This document shows positions 11,009 to 21,261 of a DNA stretch of 64,000 bases, one piece after another. Numbering within the stretch: the first letter of the stretch is position 1; each line of letters starts with the position of its first letter. Under the pieces are notes generated by a model that saw only the letters and a program-made list of their open reading frames with translations, did no database searches and was not told the DNA's origin. The stretch lies in contig CAWGMQ010000005.1 of NCBI GenBank assembly GCA_963823665.1, forward strand, positions 1,664,001-1,728,000, in the 5' to 3' direction. Made by a program: the position numbers and the translations under genes. Source of the DNA: an uncultured Planctomycetota bacterium. GTDB taxonomy: Bacteria; Planctomycetota; Planctomycetia; Isosphaerales; Isosphaeraceae.

Positions 11009-12427
11009 ATGCGACAAGCTGCTCTTCTCCGGTCGCCTGGACCAATCGTGCTCGGGTGTCGCGTTGTTGTTCTCTTGATCGCGGCTGCGCCGGCCTGTGC
11101 TCGAGCGCAAGTTCCCGTCGGAGTCGCAGTCGAAGACATCACTCCGGATTACCCGATTCGCTTGATGGGCTATGGCAGCCGGAAGACCGAGTCCGCTGGA
11201 ATCGCCAGCAGGCTCAAGGCCCGCGCCCTGGCAATCGGCGCTGATCAAAGCGCGGACGGCGGGCCCGCGGTCCTGGTGGCCGTCGACAACTGTGCTGTCG
11301 GAGCCAACGTGACGGAAGAAGTGGCGACGCGCCTCAAGAACAAGGTCGGTCTGAAACGCGAGCGATTCGCCGTCTGCTCGACCCACACCCATTGCGCACC
11401 CGCGCTCAACAGCGAGCTGGACTTCATCTTCGGCACTCCAATTCCCGACGACCAGAAAGCTCGGATTGCACGCTACACGCGCGAGTTGACCGACGCGATC
11501 GAAAAGGTCGCGCTCGCTGCGCTCGCGGCCCGGTCACCAGCTAGCCTGTCGTGGGGCCAGGGGCAGGTCGGCTTCGCGGCGAATCGGCGGGTCTTGAAAG
11601 ACGGTCGCTGGATCAACTTCGGTGTCAATCCTAACGGACCGGTGGACCATAGCCTGCCCGTGCTCCGGGCCGTTGACGCCTCCGGTAAGGTCCAAGCCGT
11701 GCTCTTCGGCTACGCTTGCCACTGCACAACCTTGGGGGGCGAGTTCAACCAGATCTGCGCCGAGTGGACCGGCTACGCCTGCGACGAGATCGAGCGCCAG
11801 TTTCCCGGCTCGACCGCGCTTGCGATCATCGGCTGCGGAGCAGACGCGAATCCCGAGCCGCGCCGTAATCTCGACGACGCCAAGCAGCACGGACTCTCCG
11901 CCGCGCGCGAGGTCGAGCGCCTCGTCAAGTCGACCGTCACACCGCTGCCGGCCACGATCGACGCCCGCGCTCGCAAGCTCGACCTTCCACTTGAGCCGCC
12001 TCCAGACCGCGCCACCCTCGAGCGGCGAGCCCAGATTTCAGGTTCTGAAGGTTTCCTTGCCAGGAGTCTCATCGCGCGCCTCGATCGCGGCGAATCTCTC
12101 GAAACCCACGTTCCTTACTCGGTCCAAACCTGGTGCTTCGGCGATGATCTCGCCATGATCTTTCTCCCTGGCGAAGTGGTCGTAGACTATGCCCTCCGGC
12201 TCAAGTGGGAAATCGACCAGCGCCGTATCTGGGTCGTCGCCTACAGCAATGACGTTCCTTGCTACATCCCGTCGCGGCGCATTCTGAGCGAAGGCGGCTA
12301 CGAGGCCGATCTCTCCATGGTCTTCTACGGACACCCCGCGCGATTCGCTCCTGCCACAGAAGACTTGATTATTCAGACCGTCCACGCGCTTCTGCCCGCG
12401 CCCTTCGACGGGCCGCGAAAGCCCTGA
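11009..12427 (+). CDS. Neutral/alkaline non-lysosomal ceramidase-like protein
   Basis: DITP..RLMGYGSR, STHTHCAP, YACHCTTL, PGEVVVDY, YIPS..EGGYE. Confidence 0.85.
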   Translation: MRQAALLRSPGPIVLGCRVVVLLIAAAPACARAQVPVGVAVEDITPDYPIRLMGYGSRKTESAGIASRLKARALAIGADQSADGGPAVLVAVDNCAVGANVTEEVATRLKNKVGLKRERFAVCSTHTHCAPALNSELDFIFGTPIPDDQKARIARYTRELTDAIEKVALAALAARSPASLSWGQGQVGFAANRRVLKDGRWINFGVNPNGPVDHSLPVLRAVDASGKVQAVLFGYACHCTTLGGEFNQICAEWTGYACDEIERQFPGSTALAIIGCGADANPEPRRNLDDAKQHGLSAAREVERLVKSTVTPLPATIDARARKLDLPLEPPPDRATLERRAQISGSEGFLARSLIARLDRGESLETHVPYSVQTWCFGDDLAMIFLPGEVVVDYALRLKWEIDQRRIWVVAYSNDVPCYIPSRRILSEGGYEADLSMVFYGHPARFAPATEDLIIQTVHALLPAPFDGPRKP

Positions 12428-12429
12428 GC

Positions 12430-13284
12430 TCACACGCCCATCCGCTCCCCTGCCTCGCCCATTCGGGCATCAAGCAATTCCAGCGCCTCGAGCGCACCCA
12501 TCTGCAACGAAATATGTCCGCCAGGGACCTCGGCTTCCCGGGCATTGATGCGGATCAATGTCCCGTTGAAGTTGCGAGCGATGTCCTCACACACTCGTCG
12601 CACGGTCGGTATTGCCCGCCCTGCCCCACACTCGATGATCGTCAGGCGTGCGCCGCCAAGTGTGCCCAGCCACTCGCTCATCTGCCGCATCTGGCGATCG
12701 GTCCGTGTGGAATGCCAGTCGAAATCCCCAAACATCAAGATATTGGGCCGCGCGACGGCACCACATTTTGGGCACTCTGGCAATGGCGCAACGGCCCGCA
12801 TCGTGTCCGGGTTAACCGCCACTCGGATTGGCTCTCCTGGAAAGATCCCCACTCCACAGTCGACACTGCATTGCATGCCATCGAAGCTGCCGTGGACCTC
12901 GACGACTTGCTCTGCCAGGAATCCCGATCGCTGAAAGTGCCCGTCCACATTCGAGGTGAACACGAATGCGCCATTGCGCAATCGATTGGACCAGCCTCTG
13001 AGAATTCCGAAGCCCCGATGCGGCTCGGTGCGCCGGTAAAGCTCCATCCGGTGCCCGTAGAAGCCCCAGGCCAGGGTTGGATCCTCCACGAACCAGCGCG
13101 GATTCGCCAGCGAGACAAAGTCGAGCCCCAACCGCTCGTACGGCGGATAAGCCCGCCAGAATCCTTGATTCCCCCGGAAGTCCGGCAGACCGCTGTCGAC
13201 ACCCATCCCGGCGCCGGCGCCCAGCAGAATCGCGTCGGAAGCAGCAATCGTACTTGCAGCGATGTCGAGAGCCTGCTCGATCAT
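12430..13284 (-). CDS. Sir2 family NAD-dependent deacylase
   Basis: GAGAGMGVDSGLPDFRG, TSNVDGHF, EVHGS, CPKCG..RPNILMF. Confidence 0.92.
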   Translation of the reverse strand: MIEQALDIAASTIAASDAILLGAGAGMGVDSGLPDFRGNQGFWRAYPPYERLGLDFVSLANPRWFVEDPTLAWGFYGHRMELYRRTEPHRGFGILRGWSNRLRNGAFVFTSNVDGHFQRSGFLAEQVVEVHGSFDGMQCSVDCGVGIFPGEPIRVAVNPDTMRAVAPLPECPKCGAVARPNILMFGDFDWHSTRTDRQMRQMSEWLGTLGGARLTIIECGAGRAIPTVRRVCEDIARNFNGTLIRINAREAEVPGGHISLQMGALEALELLDARMGEAGERMGV

Positions 13285-13358
13285 CTTCTCTGAGCGGATG
13301 CCGGATTATGCCCGATCAACACTCACCTGTACCACGATCTGATCGAGCGAAGGATTGT

Positions 13359-14918
13359 TCATTTTTTCTTGGACCACACAGCAGTCAAGTCGTCCGACGC
13401 CTGATCGCGGATTCCATTGTCCGAGAGAATCTCATCGGTCGCCTTCAAGGCCTCCTGATGGTCGAAGACAATCGTCTCGCAAGCCTTGTCGTCGAATGAG
13501 ATCGTCGTGAATTTCTCCTTTGAGTCACGCAAGACCTCGACGAAATGCCGAAGGTTCTTGATCCGGATTCCGTTCACTTCCTTGACTATCTTTGTGAACG
13601 GATCATCATACCCTTTTCCAAGGCGATGCGGGAAAATGGGTGACGACACGATCACCAGTTCCTCGCCCTCGAACTTCGGCAGGTCGCCGCGCCGCAAGGC
13701 AAGCGGGCTTTCGATCACCGCGAGCTGGTAAAACCTCCCTGCCAGTGCGGACACGAATTCATTCGAGACCGGCGAGAAGACGAGCGGACCATAGATGAAA
13801 TACGACGGGTACCGTCCCTTGAGCGAGCTCATGAGAATCGGATACTTCTGTTTTGCCGGCACATCGATCGAGAGCGTTTTCCCATCGCGCACCACGGTCA
13901 TCGGCACCTTGCCGTCCTTCGTGACCTTCTGGACCAGGTACTCAAACTTGAGTCGCAGATTATCTTTGATCTTCACGAAGCCCGTGTTGTCGATCTCGTG
14001 GTCGGCGATCTTGGTCAGAACGTCGAATGGCTTGAGCGGATGCTTGGGCTCGCCCGGATCCGTCGAGTGAACGACCATTCCCTGAATCTTCTTGTCAAGC
14101 TTCAAAAACGCCCGGAGAGCGTCATTTTCGAGGGTCTGCAGCGATTCGTGCATGGCGGGCTTGCCGTCGTAATGCCCATCGGCAACGTCCTTGAGAAACA
14201 GGTCGATCTCCTCGCCCGGAATGATGTAGCCAATATTCTCAGCCCCTCTGCCGAGCTTGCTGAAAATCAGCCCGACCATCTTGCCGTCAACGATCGCCGG
14301 TCCGCCGCTGTTACCGGGATTGATCGCCGCATCGACCTGAACGCGCACACCCGAGACGCCTTCCCCGTATGCTGCGAATTCGATCCTTGAAACAATTCCC
14401 TTGGTGACCGACTGGGTCGACCCCCCCTGCGGATATCCGTAAACGAGGACCGTATCCTTCACCTCCGGCAGAGCCTCCGTGCGCACAACAGGGCTTCGCT
14501 TGTCAAAGAACGACTCATCTTCCAGCCGAAGCACCGCCAGGTCGATTCCTGGAGCAACCGCCTCGACTTTTGCGGGCAGTTTGTCGCTCGATTGATTGGT
14601 CTCGACGAAGAGCTGGCTCGCGTAGAGCACGACGTGCGCATTCGTCAAAATTCGCTTGCCGTCGATGATCACCCCAGTGCCACTCGCTTCCTGCGGGCTG
14701 TGCTTTGTCCACGGATGAATCATCTCCGGGTACCGCAGCGACGCGCTGATCTTCACGACCGATTCGCGGATCTTGCTTTCCGTTTCCTCGCTCTTGACGG
14801 GGTCTTGCCCCCAGGAGCCCGAAGCCCTCGCGGGTAAGGCCGACACCGCCGTCAAGGCCGCTAGCGCGAGAGTCGTGGCTGTCATCCAACCCGGAATCAA
14901 CGGTCGCATGTTCATCAT
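13359..14918 (-). CDS. Deg/HtrA-like trypsin serine protease with PDZ domains
   Basis: LTNAHVV, DLAVL, DAAINPGNSGGP catalytic triad; signal peptide. Confidence 0.92.
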   Translation of the reverse strand: MMNMRPLIPGWMTATTLALAALTAVSALPARASGSWGQDPVKSEETESKIRESVVKISASLRYPEMIHPWTKHSPQEASGTGVIIDGKRILTNAHVVLYASQLFVETNQSSDKLPAKVEAVAPGIDLAVLRLEDESFFDKRSPVVRTEALPEVKDTVLVYGYPQGGSTQSVTKGIVSRIEFAAYGEGVSGVRVQVDAAINPGNSGGPAIVDGKMVGLIFSKLGRGAENIGYIIPGEEIDLFLKDVADGHYDGKPAMHESLQTLENDALRAFLKLDKKIQGMVVHSTDPGEPKHPLKPFDVLTKIADHEIDNTGFVKIKDNLRLKFEYLVQKVTKDGKVPMTVVRDGKTLSIDVPAKQKYPILMSSLKGRYPSYFIYGPLVFSPVSNEFVSALAGRFYQLAVIESPLALRRGDLPKFEGEELVIVSSPIFPHRLGKGYDDPFTKIVKEVNGIRIKNLRHFVEVLRDSKEKFTTISFDDKACETIVFDHQEALKATDEILSDNGIRDQASDDLTAVWSKKK

Positions 14919-15168
14919 CTGGCTCGCTCGGTGGTGGTTGTGCCTCAATCGTGAACGACCTCCGCCCCGCCGAACCGAGTCGATCACGCCAGGAGACGCG
15001 GTTGATCCGTTCCGGCAAAACGCCGGCATCACGGCGAACGAATGATCGATGCCCAACATATCGCGACTCATCTTATCCCCTCGTTTCACGCCTGGGTAGA
15101 GAAGTGTGCGAAGTCGCCGGTTCTCCGTTGCGTGATGCCACGCCAGGGTCTAATCTCGAATTCGCAAT

Positions 15169-15194
15169 GAACTTCGGTAATTCTGGATCGGTCT
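15169..15194 (+). promoter_or_regulatory. Possible ECF sigma promoter upstream of ggt
   Basis: GAACTT-N16-GTCT, 32 nt before the ATG. Confidence 0.3.
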
Positions 15195-15226
15195 CTGGCT
15201 TTCACCACTGTGAGGAGCCGCGAACG

Positions 15227-16972
15227 ATGACACTCCGCACGATGATCCTAATCCTGCCGCTTGGTCTCTGCCTGGGCTCGTTCGAGGTCGCCGCTCAGGA
15301 AGGTGCCGCCGGCACCCAACCGGCGTCCAAAGCCGCTGCCGCGCTCGCGCGAACCGATTGGCGCGCGGCAGGCAAAGACGGCGCAGTGGCCGCCGGCGGC
15401 CTGGGTGCCGTCGAAGCGGGGCTCGAGATCTTGAAGGCGGGCGGAAACGCCGCCGACTCGGCCGCGGCAACGATCTTCGCCTTGAGCGTGACCGACTCGC
15501 GATCGTTCTGCTTCGGCGGCGAAGTCCCGATCCTCATCTATGACGCCAAGCACCAGACCGTAACCGTCATCGACGGCCAGGGCGCTGCCCCGCGACTGGC
15601 GACGCTCGACCACTTCAAAGCCACTGGCGGCATTCCCGCAAAGGGAATCGAGCCCGCGGCCGTTCCCGCCGCACTCGATGCCTGCCTCACCTTGCTCGAC
15701 CGCTTCGGCACAATGACCTTCACCCAGGTGATCGCTCCTGCGAAAAAGCTGCTCCGCAACCGCGAGCGCCCCGAGCCCTGGCACGCCGACTTGCTCCGCA
15801 CGCTCGAGATCCTTGAGGCCGCCGAGATTCAGCCCGGCCCGGCTTCCGGCGCCGTCCCCGCCTCGCAGCCCGACCGCTCGCGCGGCATCCGCCTGGTCGC
15901 CGACGCTTTTTATCGCGGACCGATCGCCCGTCGCATCGACGCCTGGGCCCGCGACAAAGGCTCCTTGATCCGCTACGTCGACCTGGCCACCCACGCAACA
16001 CGTATCGAAGAACCCGTCGCAATCAACTACCGCGGCTTGACCGTCTACAAGTGCGGCGTTTGGACTCAGGGGCCCGCGCTGCTCGAATCTCTCCAGCTTC
16101 TCGAAGGATTCGACCTGAAAGCCATGGGACATAACCGTCCCGACGCGATTCACACGATCGCCGAGACCATCAAGCTCGCTTTCGCCGACCGCGACACCTA
16201 TTATGCGGACCCCCACTTTGCGGAAGTGCCGCTCGCGCCACTGCTCGACCCGCAATACGCCGCAGTTCGCCGCGGACTGATCGACCCCCAGCACGCCTCG
16301 CTCGAGCGCCGGCCCGGCGACCCTCGTTCGAAGAAGCCCCTGCTCGACCCGGCTGTTGACCCCGCCGGCCGGCACTTGCCTCGCCCCCTCGCCGACGCAC
16401 GCGACACGACCACCTGTCTGGTCGCCGACCGCTTCGGCAACGTGGTGGCCGCCACACCCAGCGGCTGGTCGGGAGTTGTGGCCGGCGACACAGGCGTGTG
16501 GCTGGGCAGCCGCCTCCAGAGTTTCAACACATGGGACGATCATCCCAATGTCATCGCCCCGGGCAAGCGCCCGCGCATCACGCTCTCGCCAACCCTTGTT
16601 CTCAAGGGAAACCGGCCCGTACTGGCCGTCAGCGTCGCCGGCGGCGACAACCAGGACCAGATGACACTCCAGCTCTTGCTCAATCATTTCGATTTCGAGC
16701 TCGAGCCGGCCGCCTCGGTCGTCGCCCCTCGCTTCATGTCCGATCATTTCATCAACTCGTTCCGCCAAAGCCCCCCCGCGCTCGGCCGGCTGCGCATCAA
16801 CCCCGATGTCGGCAGCGACATCCTCGAAGCCCTCAAATCTCGCGGCCATATCTTGAGCATCAACACCGGGGCGCTGAGCGCCGCACCGTGCGTCATCAGC
16901 CTCGACCCCGCCACTGGAAAGCTCACGACCGCTGGAGACCCGCGTGCCGGCCGGCACGCACTGGCGTACTGA
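15227..16972 (+). CDS. ggt: Gamma-glutamyltransferase family protein
   Basis: GGNAADSA, FYRGPIA, KLAFADRD.YYADP, DTT nucleophile, PGKRPRITLSP, GDPR. Confidence 0.9.
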   Translation: MTLRTMILILPLGLCLGSFEVAAQEGAAGTQPASKAAAALARTDWRAAGKDGAVAAGGLGAVEAGLEILKAGGNAADSAAATIFALSVTDSRSFCFGGEVPILIYDAKHQTVTVIDGQGAAPRLATLDHFKATGGIPAKGIEPAAVPAALDACLTLLDRFGTMTFTQVIAPAKKLLRNRERPEPWHADLLRTLEILEAAEIQPGPASGAVPASQPDRSRGIRLVADAFYRGPIARRIDAWARDKGSLIRYVDLATHATRIEEPVAINYRGLTVYKCGVWTQGPALLESLQLLEGFDLKAMGHNRPDAIHTIAETIKLAFADRDTYYADPHFAEVPLAPLLDPQYAAVRRGLIDPQHASLERRPGDPRSKKPLLDPAVDPAGRHLPRPLADARDTTTCLVADRFGNVVAATPSGWSGVVAGDTGVWLGSRLQSFNTWDDHPNVIAPGKRPRITLSPTLVLKGNRPVLAVSVAGGDNQDQMTLQLLLNHFDFELEPAASVVAPRFMSDHFINSFRQSPPALGRLRINPDVGSDILEALKSRGHILSINTGALSAAPCVISLDPATGKLTTAGDPRAGRHALAY

Positions 16973-16975
16973 AGC

Positions 16976-17860
16976 TCAGTCCATCAGCACAAACGACAAC
17001 TGCCGCTGCATCTCCGTGACGAGCTCGGATTCCGGCGGCAAGATCTGAAAAATCGCCAGCATGGTCTGGCGGGCTTGTTCACCGATTGGTCTCTTGCGAT
17101 CGCGCTCGACCAGCTCCAGGCACAGGCCGAGGGCATCGGAATACTGACCTGCTGCTGCCAGCGCTTCCGCAAGCTGCAACTTCAGTTTCAGGTCACCAGG
17201 ATTGGCCACAAGCGCCGCCCGTGCTTCCTCCAGCGGAGCGCCGCCGGCTTCCTGGGCCTGCAGCCGCAATGTCACCTCGGCCTTCAGCCTCTCGGCCTCG
17301 GGCCCAAGATAGCCACTGCGCTCGAGGCTCGCGATCTGCGCCTGAGCATCTTCAAATCGCCCCTGCTCGAGCGCAATCCTCGCCAGCCCGATCCGCGCCG
17401 CCGGGAGATCCGGGTCGAACGACAGTGCAGAATTGTACCGCGCAAGGGCGGCATTCAGATCGGTCGCCTCCAGCTCCTGCGCGTGTGCCGCGATCTGCTC
17501 GGCGGGCGAGGGTAACAGCCGGTCGAGCCACGCCCGGATTGCCGCCTCGGATTGCAAGCCCACAAACCCGTCGACGGCTTTGCCTTCCCGTACACCGAAA
17601 ACAGCCGGAATCGACCGAACCCCGAACTGCGCGGCCAGCCCCGGCTCGCGCTCGGTGTCGACCTTGGCCAGCACAAATTTCCCTGCGTACTCCGTCGCCA
17701 GCTTCTCCAAGAGCGGACCGAGGCGGACGCACGGGCCGCACCACGACGCCCAGAAATCCACCACCACCGGCACGGTCCGCGATTGCTCGATCACAGCGTG
17801 CTCGAAGTTCTCAGCATTGACCTCGATCACGTACGCAGAAGTCGTATTCGCATCGCCCAT
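16976..17860 (-). CDS. Thioredoxin-TPR protein (YbbN/CnoX-like)
   Basis: VDFWASWCGPC followed by TPR-like helical C-terminus. Confidence 0.88.
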   Translation of the reverse strand: MGDANTTSAYVIEVNAENFEHAVIEQSRTVPVVVDFWASWCGPCVRLGPLLEKLATEYAGKFVLAKVDTEREPGLAAQFGVRSIPAVFGVREGKAVDGFVGLQSEAAIRAWLDRLLPSPAEQIAAHAQELEATDLNAALARYNSALSFDPDLPAARIGLARIALEQGRFEDAQAQIASLERSGYLGPEAERLKAEVTLRLQAQEAGGAPLEEARAALVANPGDLKLKLQLAEALAAAGQYSDALGLCLELVERDRKRPIGEQARQTMLAIFQILPPESELVTEMQRQLSFVLMD

Positions 17861-18107
17861 AGGTAATGTATTCCCGTTCGGGTCGCTCTGATCGGAGCGA
17901 GCGCGCCTGATGACCTACCACAGATCGCCGTGTCCGGCCGATCGCCCTTCTTGTGCTGCATTCGAACATCCTTCATGATATAAAAGAAGAGGATGCTCGG
18001 AAACAAACGCCCGCCTCGGCATCCGGCCCGGAGTTTTTCTGGACCTCGCCCGCCCCTTTTCACCGGACCACACCCCGCGCAAGCTCGAAAACAACGACTT
18101 GCTTTGC

Positions 18108-18131
18108 CCCGGCGCGGCCTCCCGCGCCGGG
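18108..18131. other. Perfect 10-bp GC hairpin in the intergenic region upstream of the LRR gene
   Basis: cccggcgcgg-cctc-ccgcgccggg; weak U-tract, function unclear. Confidence 0.4.
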
Positions 18132-18190
18132 CGTTTCCCTGGTCGAGTTGAGACGCGAAAATGGTTCTGAGCCGTAGGAGTGAAACACCC

Positions 18191-19039
18191 ATGAACCGCC
18201 GCTTCCCACACCAGCAAACGGCTGCACTCGCCGTCGTTTTCGTCCTCCCGATCCTCGCCGCTTGGGCGCAATCGGCGAGCGCAGATTCTCCCTTCCCCGA
18301 TAAAAACCTCGAAGCCGCCATTCGCGACGTTCTCAAGCACGAGCCCAAGGTTGAGCTCACCGACGAAAAGCTCCTCGACATCTATTTCCTCGAAGCACCC
18401 GGCAAGGAGATCAAGGATTTGAAGGGCCTCGAGAAATGCAAAAACCTGGCCCTGATCAAACTCACCAAGAACAAGATCGCCGATTTGAAGCCACTCAAGG
18501 ATCTCGCCAACCTCCAATCGCTCGACCTGGCCCAGAACGAAATCAAGGACATCGCCCCCCTGGCCGGTCTCAAAGCCTTGCAATACATCGAGCTGTCCGG
18601 AAACAAGATCGAGAAGATCGACGCCCTCAAGGACCTGACCGCCTTGAACTCTTTGTACCTCGGCAACAACCAGATCAAGGATATTTCCCCTCTCGCCGCC
18701 TTGAACAAGGTATGGACCCTCTCGGCGCCCAAGAACCAGATCAAGGACATCTCGGTCCTCTCCAAGATCACCAAGCTCCAGACGATCGACTTGCAGGACA
18801 ACAAGATCGAGGACTCCACTCCGCTCGCCAAGCAAACCGAGCTGAAGCTCTTGATGATCGAAAGGAACGAGATCAAGGATCTGAAGCCATTGGTCGACGC
18901 GGCCAAGGCCGACTCGGCCGGTCCCAAGAAATTCGCACCTTATCTGCACGTGTATTTCGCCGGCAACCCGCTGCCGGAAAAAACGAAGGCAGACCAGACC
19001 AAAGCGCTCAAGGATGCCGAGGTCCGGATCGAGGAGTGA
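18191..19039 (+). CDS. Internalin-like leucine-rich repeat protein, secreted
   Basis: FPDKNLE cap; 22-aa repeats L..L.L..N.I.DI.PL. Confidence 0.92.
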   Translation: MNRRFPHQQTAALAVVFVLPILAAWAQSASADSPFPDKNLEAAIRDVLKHEPKVELTDEKLLDIYFLEAPGKEIKDLKGLEKCKNLALIKLTKNKIADLKPLKDLANLQSLDLAQNEIKDIAPLAGLKALQYIELSGNKIEKIDALKDLTALNSLYLGNNQIKDISPLAALNKVWTLSAPKNQIKDISVLSKITKLQTIDLQDNKIEDSTPLAKQTELKLLMIERNEIKDLKPLVDAAKADSAGPKKFAPYLHVYFAGNPLPEKTKADQTKALKDAEVRIEE

Positions 19040-19041
19040 TC

Positions 19042-20526
19042 TCAACGCATCTCCGCAACCGCCTGGGGCGCCTCGTCCGACACGACTGACGTTGTCGCGT
19101 CAGGAAGCCGGACGACGAACCGGCTTCCGTGCCCGGGCTCGCTTTCTGCGCGGACGGTTCCGCCGAAGACGGTCGCGATCCGCTCTACCACTGCCAGGCC
19201 CAACCCCACGCCGGGCCGCCGGCGAGATTTCGCGGAACGATAGAATGGCTCGAAGACATGCGCCAGATCAGCGGGGTCGATCCCGGGACCTTGGTCCTGT
19301 ACCGCCAGTGTCACGTACTCTCCCTCCCGCCCAACCTCGACCATGATCGGCATCTCCCCGGGGCTGTACTTGCAGGCGTTGTCCAGAAGGTTGTCGAGCA
19401 ACTGCCCCAGAAGCTGTGGCTGCACCTGCACCCATGCCGGAGGGTCCGTCGTGACGCTTTCTCTTATTTCTTGACGTTGCTCGCCGCCGCAACGGCACGC
19501 CAGACGCTCACGCACCCAGAGCACCAGCTCGACCGGTTCCAGCTCCGGCGTCCCGGCCTCGCTCTCCGCCCGGGCCATGAACAGCAGCGATTCCACGATT
19601 TGACGCAGCCGCAGCGCCTCGCCGTGCACCTCGTCCAGCACTCGCCGGTACTCTTCCACCGAGCGTTCACGTCGCCGCGCAACCTCGAGCTGGCCCAGCA
19701 GTGCCGCCAGCGGCGTGCGCAGTTGATGCGAGGCATCGCCCGTAAACCGCTTCTGCCGTTCGAATTCCTGGTGCAGGCGGTCGAGCAACCCGTTGAACGA
19801 ACCAGCCAGCAGATCCAGCTCGTCACCCGTTCCCGGAATCGGAAGACGCTGGTCACCGTCGGCCATCGACATCGAGCCCGCAGCCTTCGCCATCCGCGTC
19901 ACCGGCAGCAAGGCCCGCTTGCAAAGCCGCCAGCCCACCAGCGCCGCGAGCAGCCAAAAAACAATCGACAGAGTAGTGAGCACAAGTGCCACGTTCCTCA
20001 GGCCCGCCTCCACAGGTTCCAGCGAGGCGACCGTCGAGAGCACCAGCGACCGCGGTTCGTTCGTTGTTTCCGGCGGCGCGCTATCCGTCCGGTTCACTCC
20101 AGCGGTGACTGGCCCGGCGTGGATGCGCCTCAGGGCAGCTCGCCAGCGCCTTCCACGACTGTCCGTGTGCGTTTCATGCGAATGTCCCGCCCTCGGAGCG
20201 AGCCTGGCGAGCGCCATCAGGTCGGCAAGCTCAACGTCCCAGGTGCGGTCAACGGTCGTTCCCGCGTGGTCGGTCACCAGCCAGAACACCGGGGTTTCGT
20301 CGGGCTGGACCACCAAGACTTCAGGCGCGCGCGCCGGGTTCCACTCGACCCGGCCCGGGTCGACGTCGACCGAAGTCGTAAGCATGTCAAGCGCCAGACC
20401 CAGGCGCTCGTCGAGGTCACGGTGCAAATGGGCGCTCGAAAGCAGATACAACGTCACCGACACGCCCGAGAGCACCAGCGCCAGCGTCGCCAGAAAAAAA
20501 CCGCACACCCGCGCTGCCAGACTCAT
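19042..20526 (-). CDS. Sensor histidine kinase (HAMP, HisKA, HATPase)
   Basis: DASHQLRTPL, NLLDNACKYS, DQGPGI, GLGLAVV. Confidence 0.95.
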   Translation of the reverse strand: MSLAARVCGFFLATLALVLSGVSVTLYLLSSAHLHRDLDERLGLALDMLTTSVDVDPGRVEWNPARAPEVLVVQPDETPVFWLVTDHAGTTVDRTWDVELADLMALARLAPRAGHSHETHTDSRGRRWRAALRRIHAGPVTAGVNRTDSAPPETTNEPRSLVLSTVASLEPVEAGLRNVALVLTTLSIVFWLLAALVGWRLCKRALLPVTRMAKAAGSMSMADGDQRLPIPGTGDELDLLAGSFNGLLDRLHQEFERQKRFTGDASHQLRTPLAALLGQLEVARRRERSVEEYRRVLDEVHGEALRLRQIVESLLFMARAESEAGTPELEPVELVLWVRERLACRCGGEQRQEIRESVTTDPPAWVQVQPQLLGQLLDNLLDNACKYSPGEMPIMVEVGREGEYVTLAVQDQGPGIDPADLAHVFEPFYRSAKSRRRPGVGLGLAVVERIATVFGGTVRAESEPGHGSRFVVRLPDATTSVVSDEAPQAVAEMR

Positions 20527-21224
20527 TCCTGGTCCTCCTCGGGCGCGCCGGGGTCATCGCCCAGCAAGTAGCCGCGGCCTCGCAAGGTATGAATCAGCCG
20601 GTCGCCATGAGCCTCGAGCTTGCGCCGCAGCTCCTTGACGTGCACGTACAGCGTGTTCGAATAGCCATCGAATCGCTCAGACCACACATGCTCATAGATC
20701 CGCGTGCGCGAAAGCACCTGGCCGCGATGCCGCAGCAAGAAGACGAGCAATGAATACTCCCTGTTTGTTAGCGACAGCGGATGCCCGTTGCGCTCGGCTC
20801 GCCCCGTCGCCAGGTCGACGACCAGATCTCGAAACGAAACCAACGTCCCCTCGGGCAGGTCCCGGCGCCGCACCAGTGCTCGAACCCTCGCCAGCAGCTC
20901 CTCGAAGGCAAACGGCTTGGCCAGGTAATCGTCGGCCCCCGCGTCCAGCCCACGCACCCGGTCCGATACGGCGTCGCGCGCGGTCAGGAACAGCACGGGG
21001 GTGCTTCGGTCGGACTGCCGCAACCGCTGGAGCAGAGCCAAGCCATCCTGGTCGGGAAGCCACCAATCCAGCAGAATCAGGTTCCACTCGCCCGTCCGAA
21101 GTGCGTGCCAGGCGGTTGTCCCGTCGCCGGCATGCTCGACCACATATCCTTCCTCGCGCAGCCCGCGCACCAGAAAGTCCGCGATGTTCGTCTCATCCTC
21201 GACAACCAATATTCGGATGCTCAT
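20523..21224 (-). CDS. OmpR/PhoB family response regulator
   Basis: LVVEDE, LLDWWLP, GADDYLAKPF, TLRGRGY; 4-nt overlap with the kinase. Confidence 0.95.
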   Translation of the reverse strand: MSIRILVVEDETNIADFLVRGLREEGYVVEHAGDGTTAWHALRTGEWNLILLDWWLPDQDGLALLQRLRQSDRSTPVLFLTARDAVSDRVRGLDAGADDYLAKPFAFEELLARVRALVRRRDLPEGTLVSFRDLVVDLATGRAERNGHPLSLTNREYSLLVFLLRHRGQVLSRTRIYEHVWSERFDGYSNTLYVHVKELRRKLEAHGDRLIHTLRGRGYLLGDDPGAPEEDQE

Positions 21225-21261
21225 GGGTTAGCCTCTCCTCGTATCGGTCTGCCGGATCGCC

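Noticed and set aside
8730..11045. 771-aa minus-strand ORF (likewise 6842-7969, 15248-16957, 17915-19045, 19129-20571, 22201-23478)
   Set aside because: Antisense shadows of well supported genes, expected at high GC; no recognisable motifs
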